A stretch of DNA of 64,000 nt. It comes from an uncultured delta proteobacterium. Lineage in GTDB: Bacteria; Desulfobacterota; Binatia; UBA9968. Positions 19,735-33,231 of this stretch are shown here, piece by piece; the stretch's first letter is position 1; the number at the start of each line of letters is the position of its first letter. The translations under genes were made by a program, and so were the position numbers. The notes below the pieces were generated by a model. That model was given only the letters and a program-made list of their open reading frames with translations, was not told the DNA's origin and ran no database searches. The DNA lies in assembly GCA_963847445.1 (NCBI GenBank), contig CAWJZV010000030.1:256001-320000 (forward strand), in the 5' to 3' direction.

Positions 19735-21327
19735 TTAGACTTTTTTGCGTTGATGCGTCAGATAGTCGACGAGCATGTACTCGCCCAAGCGGTCGGGGCG
19801 GCTGTAGAAGGCGCGGCCTTTGTTGATGCGGGTGAGATCGTCGACGAAGCCGCGCAGCACCGGGCTGTCGTCGAGCATGAAGGTGTTGATGGTGATGCCT
19901 TTGCGGGTGATGCGCTCGGCTTCTTTCAAAGTCTCTTCGGCGGCGCGCTGGCTGATGCCGCCGAAGCTGAGCGGCCATTCGCAGTAAAGCCGTCCGTCGC
20001 GGCAGTAAGCCGTCGGCTGGCCGTCGGTGATGACGATGATCTGCTGGTTGGCGCTCGGTTTGCGGTCGAGCATGGTCGACGCCAGGTGCAAGCCATCCTG
20101 TAAGTTGGTGAACGGATCGCCCATGTTCCAGGTCGCCTGCGGCAAGTCCTTGGCTTTGAGTTCGACGGCGCGGGTAAAGAAACCGACGATGCCGAAGTAA
20201 TCGCGCGGGTACAGCGCGCGCACCAGACTCTCCATCGCCAGGGCGACTTTTTTCGCCGCGGCGAAGCGCCCTTCCCAGCTCATCGACCAACTCATGTCCA
20301 ACAACAGCACGGTGGCGGCGCGGGTATTGAGCTCGGTTTCGTAAACCGAAAAGTCCTTGGGCCCGATCCGCACCGGCACGCCGCCGCCGCGCACCAGCGC
20401 GTTCTTCAAGGTCTGGATCATGTTGATATGCAGCGGATCGCCCTGCACATAGGGTTTGTTGCTTTCGAGAACAACTTCTTGGCTGCCGCGGTTGCGCGTC
20501 GAGTGGCGGCCCATGCCGTCGCGGCGCAATTGTTGATAAATATCGCGCAGCGCCAACTGGCCGATGCGGCGCACGCCCTTGGGCGTCAACTCGAAGCGAT
20601 CGCCGCTCTCGAGCACGTAGCCGCCCTCTTCGAGCAGCGACTGCATGCGCATGATGCCTTCGAAGTCCTGCTTGGGATCGCCGCCGAGAAGTTTTTCCAA
20701 CAACTCCTTGTCGACGTCCTTCAACTGCATGCTCGACAGCTGGGACTCGAGCTTGCGCAGATCCTCCATGCGCTCCATCAGCTCCTGCGACTGCTGGAAA
20801 TCCATCGGCGTTTGGCCGCGAAATAAGCTGCCCTCGCGGCGCAGCCAGTTCTCCAGCTTGCGGATCTGCTCGAGCTGCATCAGCAGCTGCTCGAAGTCTT
20901 TTTCGGCGTTGGAATTTTCGAACCGGTAGGAAGTGAGCTTGTCGACCGCCTCGCTGGTCTTGCCCGGCAAGTCGTTCAAGAACTGTTTCTTTTCCTGCAC
21001 ATCTTGGCCTGACTCGTCCATCTGCTCGAGCGTCTGCTGCTCTTGGTCGACCACCGAATCGAGCTTCTCCTGGACCTCGTCCATGGCCGATTGCAGCTTG
21101 TACTCGTCGTAGAGCTTGCGCATCTCGCGCGCCACTTGCGACAACAGATCTTCGATGCCCTTGGTCTGCTTTTCGCCCTGCTTGAGCCCCTTCTGCATCA
21201 GCCGGCGCATCGCCTGCTGCAGATCGCCGGTGTCGTTCATGTTCTCGTTCAACTGATCGAACACCGACTCCGGGTCCAGCGAGTCTCCGCCGCTGGCGAC
21301 CCAGCGGCTATAGCGGATATGCACCAT
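19735..21327 (-). CDS. VWA-domain protein (partner of chelatase-like AAA+)
   Basis: LLLDMSWSM MIDAS, FTN...GL, ITDGQPTA; LTPKG.RR.G motif. Confidence 0.88.
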   Translation of the reverse strand: MVHIRYSRWVASGGDSLDPESVFDQLNENMNDTGDLQQAMRRLMQKGLKQGEKQTKGIEDLLSQVAREMRKLYDEYKLQSAMDEVQEKLDSVVDQEQQTLEQMDESGQDVQEKKQFLNDLPGKTSEAVDKLTSYRFENSNAEKDFEQLLMQLEQIRKLENWLRREGSLFRGQTPMDFQQSQELMERMEDLRKLESQLSSMQLKDVDKELLEKLLGGDPKQDFEGIMRMQSLLEEGGYVLESGDRFELTPKGVRRIGQLALRDIYQQLRRDGMGRHSTRNRGSQEVVLESNKPYVQGDPLHINMIQTLKNALVRGGGVPVRIGPKDFSVYETELNTRAATVLLLDMSWSMSWEGRFAAAKKVALAMESLVRALYPRDYFGIVGFFTRAVELKAKDLPQATWNMGDPFTNLQDGLHLASTMLDRKPSANQQIIVITDGQPTAYCRDGRLYCEWPLSFGGISQRAAEETLKEAERITRKGITINTFMLDDSPVLRGFVDDLTRINKGRAFYSRPDRLGEYMLVDYLTHQRKKV

Positions 21328-21371
21328 GGGTTATCTTTCGAGCGCTCGGTTTGGCTGCGATAGTCCTGCGC

Positions 21372-22769
21372 CTACTTGCCGTAGGTCACCCGGCCGCCTT
21401 CCATTTCCTTGTTGAGCTTTTGATGGAGATGCAATCCTTCAAGGACGAACTCGGTGGCCGATGCCATCAGCGCCGGCGATTCTTGGATGCCCAAGGTTTT
21501 GATCGCTTCTTTGAGTCCGGGGATCTCCTTGATGCCTTCGAGATAATCCGGCGAGGCCATCTGGTCGGAGACCTCGACGCCCCAGCCGGAATTGAAATAC
21601 TCGATCACTTTCTGCAACGAGTTGAGACTGAAATGCTGGTCGAAGACTTTGACGATGGAGCGGTTGACCAATTTCTCGACCAACTCGTCTTCCTTCTTCT
21701 CTTCGCCGACATATTCCATCTCGATCTTACCCGCGGTGGACGCCATCAGGGCATGCAGGTCGCTGACCCGCGGCACGATGTCGTTTTCCTTGCAGCGCAG
21801 CGCGCGCTTCTCGGCGTTGCTGATCAGGCTCTCATAGTTATTGATGGTGACGCGCACGCTGACGCCGGATGACTGGTTGATCTCGTTGGACTTGCGCGCT
21901 TCGAAGGTCAGGTTGCCGAGGATCTCCTTCATGAAGTGCGGCACTTCGACCTTGCGGCTGCGGCTGTCGGTCCACACCGCTTCTTGCTCCATGATGCTGA
22001 TTTCGTCTTCGAGCTTTTTCGGATAGTGGGTGCGAATTTGCACGTCGAAGCGGTCTTTGAGCGGCGTAATGATCCGGCCGCGGCTGGTGTAGTCTTCCGG
22101 GTTGGCGCTGGCGACGATGATGACGTCGAGGGGCAGGCGAATCTTGTAGCCTTTGATCTGGACGTCTTTCTCTTCCATCAAGTTGAACAGACCGACTTGA
22201 ACTTTCTCGGTCAAATCCGGCAGCTCGTTGATGGCGAAGATACCGCGGTTGGTGCGCGGCACCAGGCCGTAGTGGATGGTTTCCTCATCGGCGAGATAAC
22301 GGCCTTCGGCGACTTTGATCGGATCGATCTCGCCGACCAGATCGGCGATCGAGACATCCGGCGTGGCGAGCTTTTCACCGTAGCGCTGGTCGCGGTCGAT
22401 CCAGCGAAGCGGCAGGGCATCGCCCAACTCCGCCGCCTTTTTGCGGCAGCCGCTGCAGATCGGCGCCATCGGACTGTCGTTGATTTCACAACCATCGACG
22501 ATCGGTATGCGCTCATCGAGCAGACTCAGCAGGCCGCGGATGATGCGCGATTTGCCCTGGCCGCGTTCGCCCAAAAACACCATGTGATGGCCGGACAAAA
22601 TCGCGTTTTCGATTTCCGGGATGACCGTATCCTCGTAACCGACGATTCCCGGCAGGATGCGCTCGCCGCTTTCCAGGTGGCGCACTAAGTTTTTGCGCAT
22701 CTCGTCGCGCACAGACAACACCGCAACCCCGCTTTTTTTCAGTTCCCCTAATGTTTTTGCCTCACTCAC
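21372..22769 (-). CDS. Mg-chelatase-subunit-I-like AAA+ ATPase
   Basis: GERGQGKS Walker A, INELPDL, SANPEDYTSRGRIITPLKDRF. Confidence 0.88.
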   Translation of the reverse strand: MSEAKTLGELKKSGVAVLSVRDEMRKNLVRHLESGERILPGIVGYEDTVIPEIENAILSGHHMVFLGERGQGKSRIIRGLLSLLDERIPIVDGCEINDSPMAPICSGCRKKAAELGDALPLRWIDRDQRYGEKLATPDVSIADLVGEIDPIKVAEGRYLADEETIHYGLVPRTNRGIFAINELPDLTEKVQVGLFNLMEEKDVQIKGYKIRLPLDVIIVASANPEDYTSRGRIITPLKDRFDVQIRTHYPKKLEDEISIMEQEAVWTDSRSRKVEVPHFMKEILGNLTFEARKSNEINQSSGVSVRVTINNYESLISNAEKRALRCKENDIVPRVSDLHALMASTAGKIEMEYVGEEKKEDELVEKLVNRSIVKVFDQHFSLNSLQKVIEYFNSGWGVEVSDQMASPDYLEGIKEIPGLKEAIKTLGIQESPALMASATEFVLEGLHLHQKLNKEMEGGRVTYGK

Positions 22770-22857
22770 TTGACTTGGCCTCCCCTCGGAAGAGTTGTTG
22801 TTGACGGTTCCTCTTTGCTGCTTGGCAATGCCAAGCTACCACGTCGCTCTGACACAC

Positions 22858-23349
22858 TTAAACCCTAAGATTGTGAAAATGCGGCTGCAGCCGGTCGTAA
22901 CTGTCGGCCAAGTGCTGCGGCATCACCCGAGTTTCGCCGATGACCGGCATGAAATTAGTATCGCCTTCCCAGCGCGGCACGATATGCCAGTGCAGATGGT
23001 CTTCGATACCCGCGCCGGCGCACTTGCCAAGATTCATCCCGACATTGACGCCGCCGGGGCTTAATACTGTTTTGACGATCTCGACGGCGCGGCGCAAAAC
23101 CTCGCTCAGATCGCTATATTCTTCCGGCGCTAAACTGGCCAGGCTATTCTCATGATGCTTGGGTGCGATCAGCAGATGGCCGTTGTTGTAGGGATACTTG
23201 TTCATCATAACGACCGCGTGGCGGCTATGCGTCAGCACCAAAGCCGCTTTCAAGTCTTCCTGCCGATACATGGTGCAAAAAATGCAGCCCGGCTCCTTGG
23301 CGCCGTCATCGATATAAGCCATGCGCCAGGGCGCCCAGAGCTGTTGCAT
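22858..23349 (-). CDS. HIT-domain protein (Ap4A hydrolase/phosphorylase-like)
   Basis: LWAPWR..Y, CIFC, N.YPY..GHL, GAGIEDHLHWHIVPRW.GD.NFM. Confidence 0.92.
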   Translation of the reverse strand: MQQLWAPWRMAYIDDGAKEPGCIFCTMYRQEDLKAALVLTHSRHAVVMMNKYPYNNGHLLIAPKHHENSLASLAPEEYSDLSEVLRRAVEIVKTVLSPGGVNVGMNLGKCAGAGIEDHLHWHIVPRWEGDTNFMPVIGETRVMPQHLADSYDRLQPHFHNLRV

Positions 23350-23660
23350 CAATCTTCTCCGTCGATCTCTGGATCATAAGGTTTGCCGTCGACCCGTAAA
23401 CGCAATTCTTTGCCGACTTTAAAAAACGGCACGCGCTTGGCGGCCACCGATACCAAGGCGCCGCTCTTGGGATTGCGCCCCTGGCGGGCGCGGCGGTTTT
23501 TGACGACGAAACTACCGAAGCCACGGATTTCGATGCGGTCGCCGCCCGCTAAGGCGTCGACCATGGAATCGAAGATGGCATTGATAATAACCTCCGAATC
23601 CCGCCGTGAGAGATGAGGGAAACGCTTATTCACCTCATCGATCAAGTCTCTTTTGGTCAT
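23349..23660 (-). CDS. ihfB: Integration host factor beta
   Basis: MTK.DLI, RIEIRGFGSF, GRNPKSG, VPFFKVGKELR. Confidence 0.9.
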   Translation of the reverse strand: MTKRDLIDEVNKRFPHLSRRDSEVIINAIFDSMVDALAGGDRIEIRGFGSFVVKNRRARQGRNPKSGALVSVAAKRVPFFKVGKELRLRVDGKPYDPEIDGED

Positions 23661-23717
23661 AACATCACCCTCACAACAGCTTTTTTATTTTTTTAAGATC
23701 GGTGCCGGCAACCGCGC

Positions 23718-24626
23718 TCACTGCAACATCGACAGCGACCATTCATAACGCAGCCAACCGCGCTCGGAGGCAGGCAAGCGCACGCCGAAGATTCCCATGG
23801 ATAGCCGGTCCCACCAGCGTTCCCGTTCCGGGCGGGAATAGTAAACCGCCGGCTCGCCGTCCAGGCCGGCCTGCTTTGCGGCTAGTTCGATGGCATCCTC
23901 CAGGGTGCCGAATTGATCGACCAAACCGAGTTCCTTCGCTTGCGCGCCGGAATAGATCCGGCCATCGGCGAGCTTGCGAACGCGGGCTTCGTCCATGCCG
24001 CGCCCGTTGGCGACCGCGGTGACGAATTGACTATGCACGTTGTCGACCAGCGCTTGCAGGATCTCGCGCCCTTCTTGTGACAAAGGTTGAAACGGCGAAC
24101 CGATGTCTTTATTGGCGCCGCTTTTGATATTGACTCCCTTGACGCCGATTTTTTTCATCAGCTCTTCGAAGTTGCTGAGCTGCATGATGACGCCGATGGA
24201 ACCGGTCATGGTGCCTGGATTGGCCAAGATCTTATCGCAGGCGCTGGCGATGTAATAACCGCCGGACGCCGCGACGTTGCCCATGGATGCGATACAGGGC
24301 TTTTTCTTTTTGGTTCTTTGAATTTCCTCGAAGATCTCCTGGGTCGGCGCCACCGCGCCGCCCGGACTGTCGATGCGCACCACCACCGCTTTGATCCACG
24401 GCGTCTGGCGAAAGCGCCGGAGCTCGGCGAGCACGGAGCGCGAATCGTCGATCGCCCCTTCGACTTGCAGTACCCCGACACCGTCGCCGGAAAATAGCGA
24501 CAAAACCTTGGAATCGCCGCCGCTCAGGTAGGCGTAGAAAAACGTCCCACAAAACACCACCAATATGAATACGAACAAAATCCCCAGTCCGCGCAGGATC
24601 GAGTGCTTGGTCGTCAGTGTTGCCAT
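23718..24626 (-). CDS. sppA: Signal peptide peptidase SppA (S49)
   Basis: RIDSPGG, AASGGYY, TGSIGV, GLVD. Confidence 0.92.
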   Translation of the reverse strand: MATLTTKHSILRGLGILFVFILVVFCGTFFYAYLSGGDSKVLSLFSGDGVGVLQVEGAIDDSRSVLAELRRFRQTPWIKAVVVRIDSPGGAVAPTQEIFEEIQRTKKKKPCIASMGNVAASGGYYIASACDKILANPGTMTGSIGVIMQLSNFEELMKKIGVKGVNIKSGANKDIGSPFQPLSQEGREILQALVDNVHSQFVTAVANGRGMDEARVRKLADGRIYSGAQAKELGLVDQFGTLEDAIELAAKQAGLDGEPAVYYSRPERERWWDRLSMGIFGVRLPASERGWLRYEWSLSMLQ

Positions 24627-24646
24627 GACTGCGTCCGCGGCCACGC

Positions 24647-26393
24647 TTAGTTGCGGCCCTTGCGCCCGCGCGCGCTGTCATCGTCGCGGTCCAACCGCAG
24701 TTCATCGCCCAACAGCGATTCGAAGGAAAACCGGCCGCCCTCTTTTTCGCGCTTGAGATAATTCTCCATCTCCTGGCGCTCTTCGGAGCGGCGCAGGGCA
24801 CGCACGCTGAGACCGATCTTGCGGTCGTTGAGATCGATGCTGACGACTTCGGCTTCGACCTCGTCGCCGACTTTGTACAAGCTCGACGGCTTATCGACCC
24901 GCTCGGTGCTCAGTTGCGAGACATGAATCAACCCTTCGACGCCCTCGTCGATGCGGACAAACACGCCGAAGTCCGGCACGCTGGTCACCTGGCCTTTGAG
25001 CTTGGAGCCGACCGGGATATTTGTCGGCCACGGCTTTCCAGGGATCCGGAGCGATCTGCTTGATGCCGAGCGAGAATCGTTCGTTTTCGACATTGACACC
25101 CAACACCTTGGCCTCGACGATGTCGCCCTTCTTATAGAGTTCGGATGGATGCTTGACCTTCTTGGTCCAGTGCAGATCAGAGATATGGACCAAACCGTCG
25201 ATGCCTTCCTCGATGCCGACAAAGATACCGAAATCGGTGATGTTGCGCACCGGGCCGCTGACCACGGTGCCGACCGGGTATTTATCCCTCGCCGCTTCCC
25301 AGGGATTGGCCATCACTTGCTTCAAGCCCAGGGAGATCCGCCGGTGGCCGGGATCGACATTGAGGACCACGACTTCGACTTGCTGATTGACCTGCAGGAG
25401 CTTCGACGGATGGGTGACTTTGCGCGTCCAGGACATCTCGGAGATATGAATCAATCCTTCGATGCCGCTTTCTAATTCGACGAAGGCGCCGTAGTCCATG
25501 ATGCTGATGACTTTACCTTGCACCCTGGTGCCGATGCGGTATTTCTCCGCCACGGTTTGCCAGGGGTCGGGGGTGAGCTGCTTCATGCCGAGGGAGATAC
25601 GCTCCTTTTCGGTATCGAACTTGAGCACCACCACCTTGACGGTTTCGCCCACCTGAACGATCTCCGAAGGATGGCTGATCCGTCCCCAGGACATATCGCT
25701 GATATGCAGGATGCCGTCGATGCCGCCGAGATCGACGAAGGCGCCGTAGCCGGTGATGTTCTTGATGATACCCTCAAGGATCACGCCCTCCTCGAGAACT
25801 TTGAGGATCTCCTGCTTGAGCTCGCCACGTTCCTTCTCCAAGAGCTCGCGCCGCGACAACACGACGTTGCCGCGCATGCGGTTGAATTTCAAAATCGCGA
25901 AGCGGTCCCGGGTGCCGATGAAGCGGTCGAGATTGCGATTGGGCCGAATGTCGACATGGGATCCCGGTAGGAATGCCGCGATGCCGATATCGACCTTGAA
26001 GCCGCCCTTGACCTTGCCGACGATCAAACCTTCGACGCCTTGGCCTTCATTGAATGCCTTTTCGATTTCATCCCAGACTTTGAGATTCTCGGCGCGCAAG
26101 CGCGACAGTTGAATGCCGCCGCTCTCGTTCTCCGAGGAGTCGAAATAGACATCGACATCGTCGCCGACCTTGGCGCTGACGTTGCCTTGGCGGTCGGTGA
26201 ACTCGTGGATCGGAATTTGCCCCTCGGACTTGTAACCGACATCGATCAAAACATGAGTCGCCGTAATGCCCACCACCCGTCCTTTGACGATACCGCCGGG
26301 CTTGACCGTGCGCAGGCTCTCTTCAAACATCGCTTCGAATTCACTGGCGCCGCCTGCCGCTGCGCCTGGTTTTTGTTGTTCCTGTTCAGCCAT
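24647..26393 (-). CDS. rpsA: 30S ribosomal protein S1 (frameshift near 25010)
   Basis: Six S1 repeats (YGAFVDLGG.DG.LH.SD.SW etc.); cmk-rpsA-sppA-ihfB synteny. Confidence 0.96.
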
Positions 26394-26414
26394 GAAAACT
26401 AACTCCGATCTATA

Positions 26415-28419
<2,005 letters not shown>

Positions 28420-28429
28420 GATTTCGTCG

Positions 28430-29307
28430 TTAGGGAATTTGCGCGCGGGTATCGTAGGCGCGGGCAAATTCCTTCTCCAGCAAGCCGCCTTTTTCGATCG
28501 CGAATCCAACGGTTCAGTTGTTCCAGGTAATTGATGTAATCGGTTAACGATCGGCCCAAGGGCCTTACGGTTCATCAAACAGATATCCCGCCATAGTTCC
28601 GGCCGGCTCGACGCGATGCGGGTGAAATCCTTGAAACCACCGGCGCAGTAGGTTTTTAGATCGACGCCTTTTAAATTTGTCCGGTTGAGCGCGTTCACCA
28701 GGGCGTAGACTAACACATGAGGCAGATGGCTGATCACGCCCAACACCCGGTCGTGAGTATCGGGATGCATGATCTCAACATCGGCGCCCACCTGGCGCCA
28801 CAGCTCGGCGATTTTTTTCAAGGCTTTTTTATCGGTCTTCTTGGTCGGCGTCAGCACGCAGCGATGGCGCACAAACAGATTCTCCCGCGCTGCCTCGGCA
28901 CCCCACTGCTCGCTGCCGGCGATCGGATGGCCGGCGACAAACGAAATATGCTTCGGCAGGATCTTCTCCATGCCGCGGACGATCTCGCCTTTGACGCTGC
29001 CGACATCGCTGACGATACAGCCCTTCTCCAGCCTGGGCAGAAACGTTTGGGTCAGCGGCACGATGGTCTCCACCGGTGTGCCGATCATGAGAAAATCGAC
29101 GCCGGCTGGGAAATCGGCTGGGCGGACAAAATAACTGTCGATAAGCCCCTTCTTCTTGGCAATCTTCAAATTGCTTTCGCTGCGGCCGTAACCGATTATT
29201 TCCTTGACTAATTTGCGCCGGCGCATGTCGAGGGCCAAAGAGCCACAGATCAGCCCAACCCCCGCCAACACCAATTTTTCGAACTTTACGGCCACGATCT
29301 TGATCAC
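28430..29307 (-). CDS. tyrA: Prephenate dehydrogenase (3' end approximate)
   Basis: GVGLI.GS, DVGSVK, GHPIAGSE, HD......SHLPH, GGF.DFTRIA.S.P.LW.DI. Confidence 0.92.
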
Positions 29308-29315
29308 TCCCGCTG

Positions 29316-30414
29316 CTAAAAACTCTTGATGACCTTTTGCAATGCCTCGATAAATTTTCGATTCTCATCCATGGTGCCGACGGTCACGCGGATATGTTCG
29401 GGAAACTGGTAACCGCCCATGGGTCGGACGATCACGCCTTGGGCGAGCAACTGCTTATACACTTCCTGGCCTTTACCGACGCGCACCAAGATGAAATTGC
29501 CATGGCTCGGCACAAACTGCAGACCGAGCCGGTTAAATTCCGCGCCGAGGAACTCCAGCCCCTCCCGGTTCAGCGCCAGGCTGCGCCGCACATGATCGCC
29601 ATCGTCCAATGCCGCCAAGGCCGCCCATTGGGCCGGCGCGTTAACGTTGAAGGGTTGGCGCACCCGCTGCATCATTGAAATAATTTGCCGCGGCCCGACA
29701 CCATAGCCGACGCGCAAGCCAGCCAAGCCGTAGAGCTTGGAAAAGGTCCGCAGCGTCAGCATGGGCCGGTCTTCGCGATGGTACTTGAGCGAGTCCGGGT
29801 AGCCGGCGTCCTGGACGTATTCAAAATAAGCCTCGTCGACGATCAGCAGCAAGTCCTTGGGCAGCTGGGCGAGAAACGCTTCCCACTCGGCGCGCCGATA
29901 GATCGTCCCGGTGGGGTTATTCGGGATTGGCGAGAAAAACGATTTTGGTCGCGGCGGTCACCGCGGCGGCGATGGCGCTGAGATCATGGGTGAAGTCGCG
30001 CAGCGCCACTTGCACGCTCTTGCCGCCCACCGCTTGAACGATCAGCTGGTAGACCACGAACGCCTGGCGCGCCATCACCGCCTGATCCCCCGGTCGCATG
30101 AAGGCGCGCACCGCCAACTCGATGATCTCGTTGGAACCGTTGCCAAAGATCAACTCGTCTGGCGCCACGCCAAGCTTTTTCGCCAAGCCGTTTTTTAGAT
30201 AGAAGCAATCGCCGTCAGGATAGAGATGGAGTTCATCAAGTTTGGCGCGAATCGCTGCCAGCGCTTTGGGCGACGGCCCCAATGGATTTTCATTCGACGC
30301 AAGCTTGGTGGAGTTCGCGATGCCATACTCCCGTTCCACCTCTTCGATCGGTTTGCCCGGCTCGTAGGGGATCAAGCTGCGAATATACTCGGGTAGTTGC
30401 TCGACGATCTTCAT
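29316..30414 (-). CDS. hisC: Histidinol-phosphate aminotransferase (frameshift near 29920)
   Basis: Y.PGKP, KLASNENP.G, GNGS.E, VDEAY.EY, RTFSK.YGLAGLRVGY. Confidence 0.94.
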
Positions 30415-31508
30415 CGGCCACTCGCGTAGGAACCCATGACTTTTAGAAAAACACAATTTTTTTCCAGCTCGGCGATGGCCTTTTTCACCGCAGCCTGTTG
30501 CCGGTGACCCATGAGATCCAAGAAGAACAGGTACTCCCAGGGTTTGTTCTTGATCGGCCGGGACTCGATCTTGGACAAATTGATCCGGCTCTTGGCGAAG
30601 GGCTGAAGCATTTGGAACAGCACGCCTGGCTTGTCTTTGGCGGAAAATACCAGCGAAGTCTTGTCGTCACCGCAGGGCTGGGTCAGCAGCTTACCGATGA
30701 CCAAAAAGCGTGTGATGTTGTTGCTGCGGTCTTCGATATTACTGGCCACCGCCGCCAGGCTATAAACCTCTTTGGCCAAGGCGCTGGAGATGGCGGCGAT
30801 GCTGCCGTCATTGGCGGCTGCTATCGCTCCATGGGCGGTGCTCGCCACTTCTTCCACGGTAATTTTGGGGAAATGCGCCGTCAGCCAGCCGCGGCACTGC
30901 GCCAGCGCCTGGGGATGGGACAGGATCCGTTTGACGTCCTTGGCGTTGCCACTCTTGGACAATAGATGGTGATGAATATCCAGATAAACTTCGGCGCAAA
31001 TTTGCAGGTCCGATTCGACCAAACAATCGAGGGTATGCGCGACCACGCCTTCAGTCGAGTTCTCGATCGGTACCACGCCCAATGACGAGCGCCCTTGGCT
31101 GACCTCTTGAAAGACCTCGGCGATACTCGCCGTCGAGCGCAGCTCGGCTGACGAACCGAATTTTTCTTTCGCCGCCAGATGGCTATAGGTCGCCTCGGCA
31201 CCGAAGTAGGCGACCCGCAGCGGCGCTTCAAGCGACCGGCAGCCCGAAATGATTTCACGAAATACCGAACGGATGGCGTCAGCGGCAAGTGGGCCGCGAG
31301 TCGATGCGGAGACGCGTTGCAGAATCTCCTTCTCGCGGTTGGGAACGTAAACCTCTTGACTGGAAAGGCTCTTGCTGTGTCCGATACGTTGTGCCAGCGC
31401 GGCCCGAGCGTTTAGAAGGTTAACGATTTTTTCATCAATCTGATCGATTTTTTTTCTTAGAACATCGACCGACTCGTTTCGACTCAATGACGACCTCACC
31501 CGGCGCAA
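30411..31508 (-). CDS. pheA: Chorismate mutase/prephenate dehydratase (P-protein)
   Basis: LR..ID.ID CM domain, VPIENSTEG, SHPQALAQC, N.TRF, IESRP ACT. Confidence 0.95.
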   Translation of the reverse strand: MRRVRSSLSRNESVDVLRKKIDQIDEKIVNLLNARAALAQRIGHSKSLSSQEVYVPNREKEILQRVSASTRGPLAADAIRSVFREIISGCRSLEAPLRVAYFGAEATYSHLAAKEKFGSSAELRSTASIAEVFQEVSQGRSSLGVVPIENSTEGVVAHTLDCLVESDLQICAEVYLDIHHHLLSKSGNAKDVKRILSHPQALAQCRGWLTAHFPKITVEEVASTAHGAIAAANDGSIAAISSALAKEVYSLAAVASNIEDRSNNITRFLVIGKLLTQPCGDDKTSLVFSAKDKPGVLFQMLQPFAKSRINLSKIESRPIKNKPWEYLFFLDLMGHRQQAAVKKAIAELEKNCVFLKVMGSYASGR

Positions 31509-31631
31509 ACCAACAAGGATAGGCTCCTTGGCGCCGTGCGACGTAAGCTATCTTAATAATTAGAGAATTGCAAATATTGCTGGGGCGCAAGCTTGACTCC
31601 GCGGGAGTTCTACCGTTTACTCTGCGGTGCC

Positions 31632-32517
31632 ATGCGGGAAATTGTCCTGGGGAGTAACGAAAGCGGCAAGAAACTAGAGAACTACCTCAAGAAAGAATTC
31701 CCAATAGGTTATGTCCGCAAGCTGTTTCGCAAGCACGGCATTCGCTTGAACGGCCAGCGCGCCAAACCGGCAGATGCACTCCGCGCCGGCGACAAGATCC
31801 AACTCTACATTCCCTTCGACAAGCAAGGGTCGCGTACCCCACCGAGGGTGGTGGCGCCGAAGCTCGACATCGTTTTTGAGGACAGCAACTTGCTGGTCGT
31901 CGACAAACCGGCTGGCTTGGCCGTGCACGAAGGCAAGACGGTCAGCAAGCGCGACTCGGTGCTGGGGATATTGCAGCGGCAATACCGCGAAAGCCAGGCC
32001 AAACCGCAGCTCGTCCATCGCCTGGACCAGGATACCTCCGGCCTTCTCCTAGTCGCGAAGAACCCAAAGACCGCCGAAGAAATAGAGCAAGCCTTCGAAA
32101 CCGGTGCGGTCGATAAAGAGTATCTCGCCTTGGTTGTGGGCCGGTTAGCGACACAATCAAGGCGTCATCGACACGCCGTTGCCCGGGCGCGACGGCAACC
32201 CGGTACGCGCCCTGACGCGCTATTGGGTAGTCAAACGCTACTCGGAGGTCACGCTGGTCCGGGTCGCCATCGAAACCGGTCGCCTCCATCAAATCCGCCT
32301 GCACTTCGCCGAGCTCGGCCATCCCGTCGTCATGGACGACCAGCATGGCGACTTCGCTTTTAATAAGCAGTTTCGCAAGGAATATGGCTTGAAACGACAG
32401 TTCCTCCACGCGCAAAAGCTCTGCCTCAACTTCGCCGGCAAAGTTTGCCAGTGGCAAGCAAAACTGCCGAAGGATCTCGATCGAACTCTCGCAGCGCTGT
32501 CGAAGCAAAACCTGTAG
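31632..32517 (+). CDS. RluA/RluC-family pseudouridine synthase (frameshift near 32150)
   Basis: S4-like N-terminus, DKPAGL.VH, VHRLD.DTSG, TGRLHQIR.H, FLHA. Confidence 0.92.
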
Positions 32518-32561
32518 TTCACTGACTTGCGGAAGAATTCGCCGATATCGGCATAGCCAAA

Positions 32562-33197
32562 TTACAGTTTGCGCACCAGCATGATGCCATCGCGCACCGG
32601 CAGCAGGACATTCTCGACGCGCGGATCGCTGCGAATTCTTCTGTTGAGCGCGTCGAGAGATTTCGTGCATTCGTCTTGCGGGTAGAGCACGCGGCCGTCG
32701 CGCAGAACGTTGTCGAGGACGATCAAGCCGCGCGCCCTGGTCAATTCAAGACAGGCGTCATAATAGGCGCCGTAGTTTTCCTTGTCGGCGTCGATGAAGC
32801 AGAGATCGAAGGGACCCCAGACCCGCTTTAAACTTTCCACCGCGGCGCCGACCCGCACTTCGATTTTATCGTTATGGGCGCTCTCGGCAAAGTAACGCTT
32901 GGCGATGTCCGCAGCCACCCGGTCGATCTCACAAGCGACGATGGTGCCGCCCTTGGGCAACGCTTCGGCCAATGCCAGAGTGCTGTAACCGGTGAACATG
33001 CCGATTTCTAAGATCCGCCGCGCGCCGGTGAGACCGACGATCATTTTGAGAAACTGTCCTTCCAGAGCGCCTACCATCATCTGCGGATTGCGCGTCTTGG
33101 TATAAGTCTCCACCCACAGCTTATCGTGCAGTGCCGACAACGGTTTACTGCACCGCTCCGCGTAATCTTCGATGCCTATCGGCCTAACATCGAGCAT
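32562..33197 (-). CDS. O-methyltransferase (caffeoyl-CoA OMT family)
   Basis: LEIGMFTGYS, FD..FIDADK.NY, DNVL..G.V, LP.RDG. Confidence 0.9.
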   Translation of the reverse strand: MLDVRPIGIEDYAERCSKPLSALHDKLWVETYTKTRNPQMMVGALEGQFLKMIVGLTGARRILEIGMFTGYSTLALAEALPKGGTIVACEIDRVAADIAKRYFAESAHNDKIEVRVGAAVESLKRVWGPFDLCFIDADKENYGAYYDACLELTRARGLIVLDNVLRDGRVLYPQDECTKSLDALNRRIRSDPRVENVLLPVRDGIMLVRKL

Positions 33198-33231
33198 TCA
33201 AAGTGTCCTTGATGAGCACTAGCCACTACTT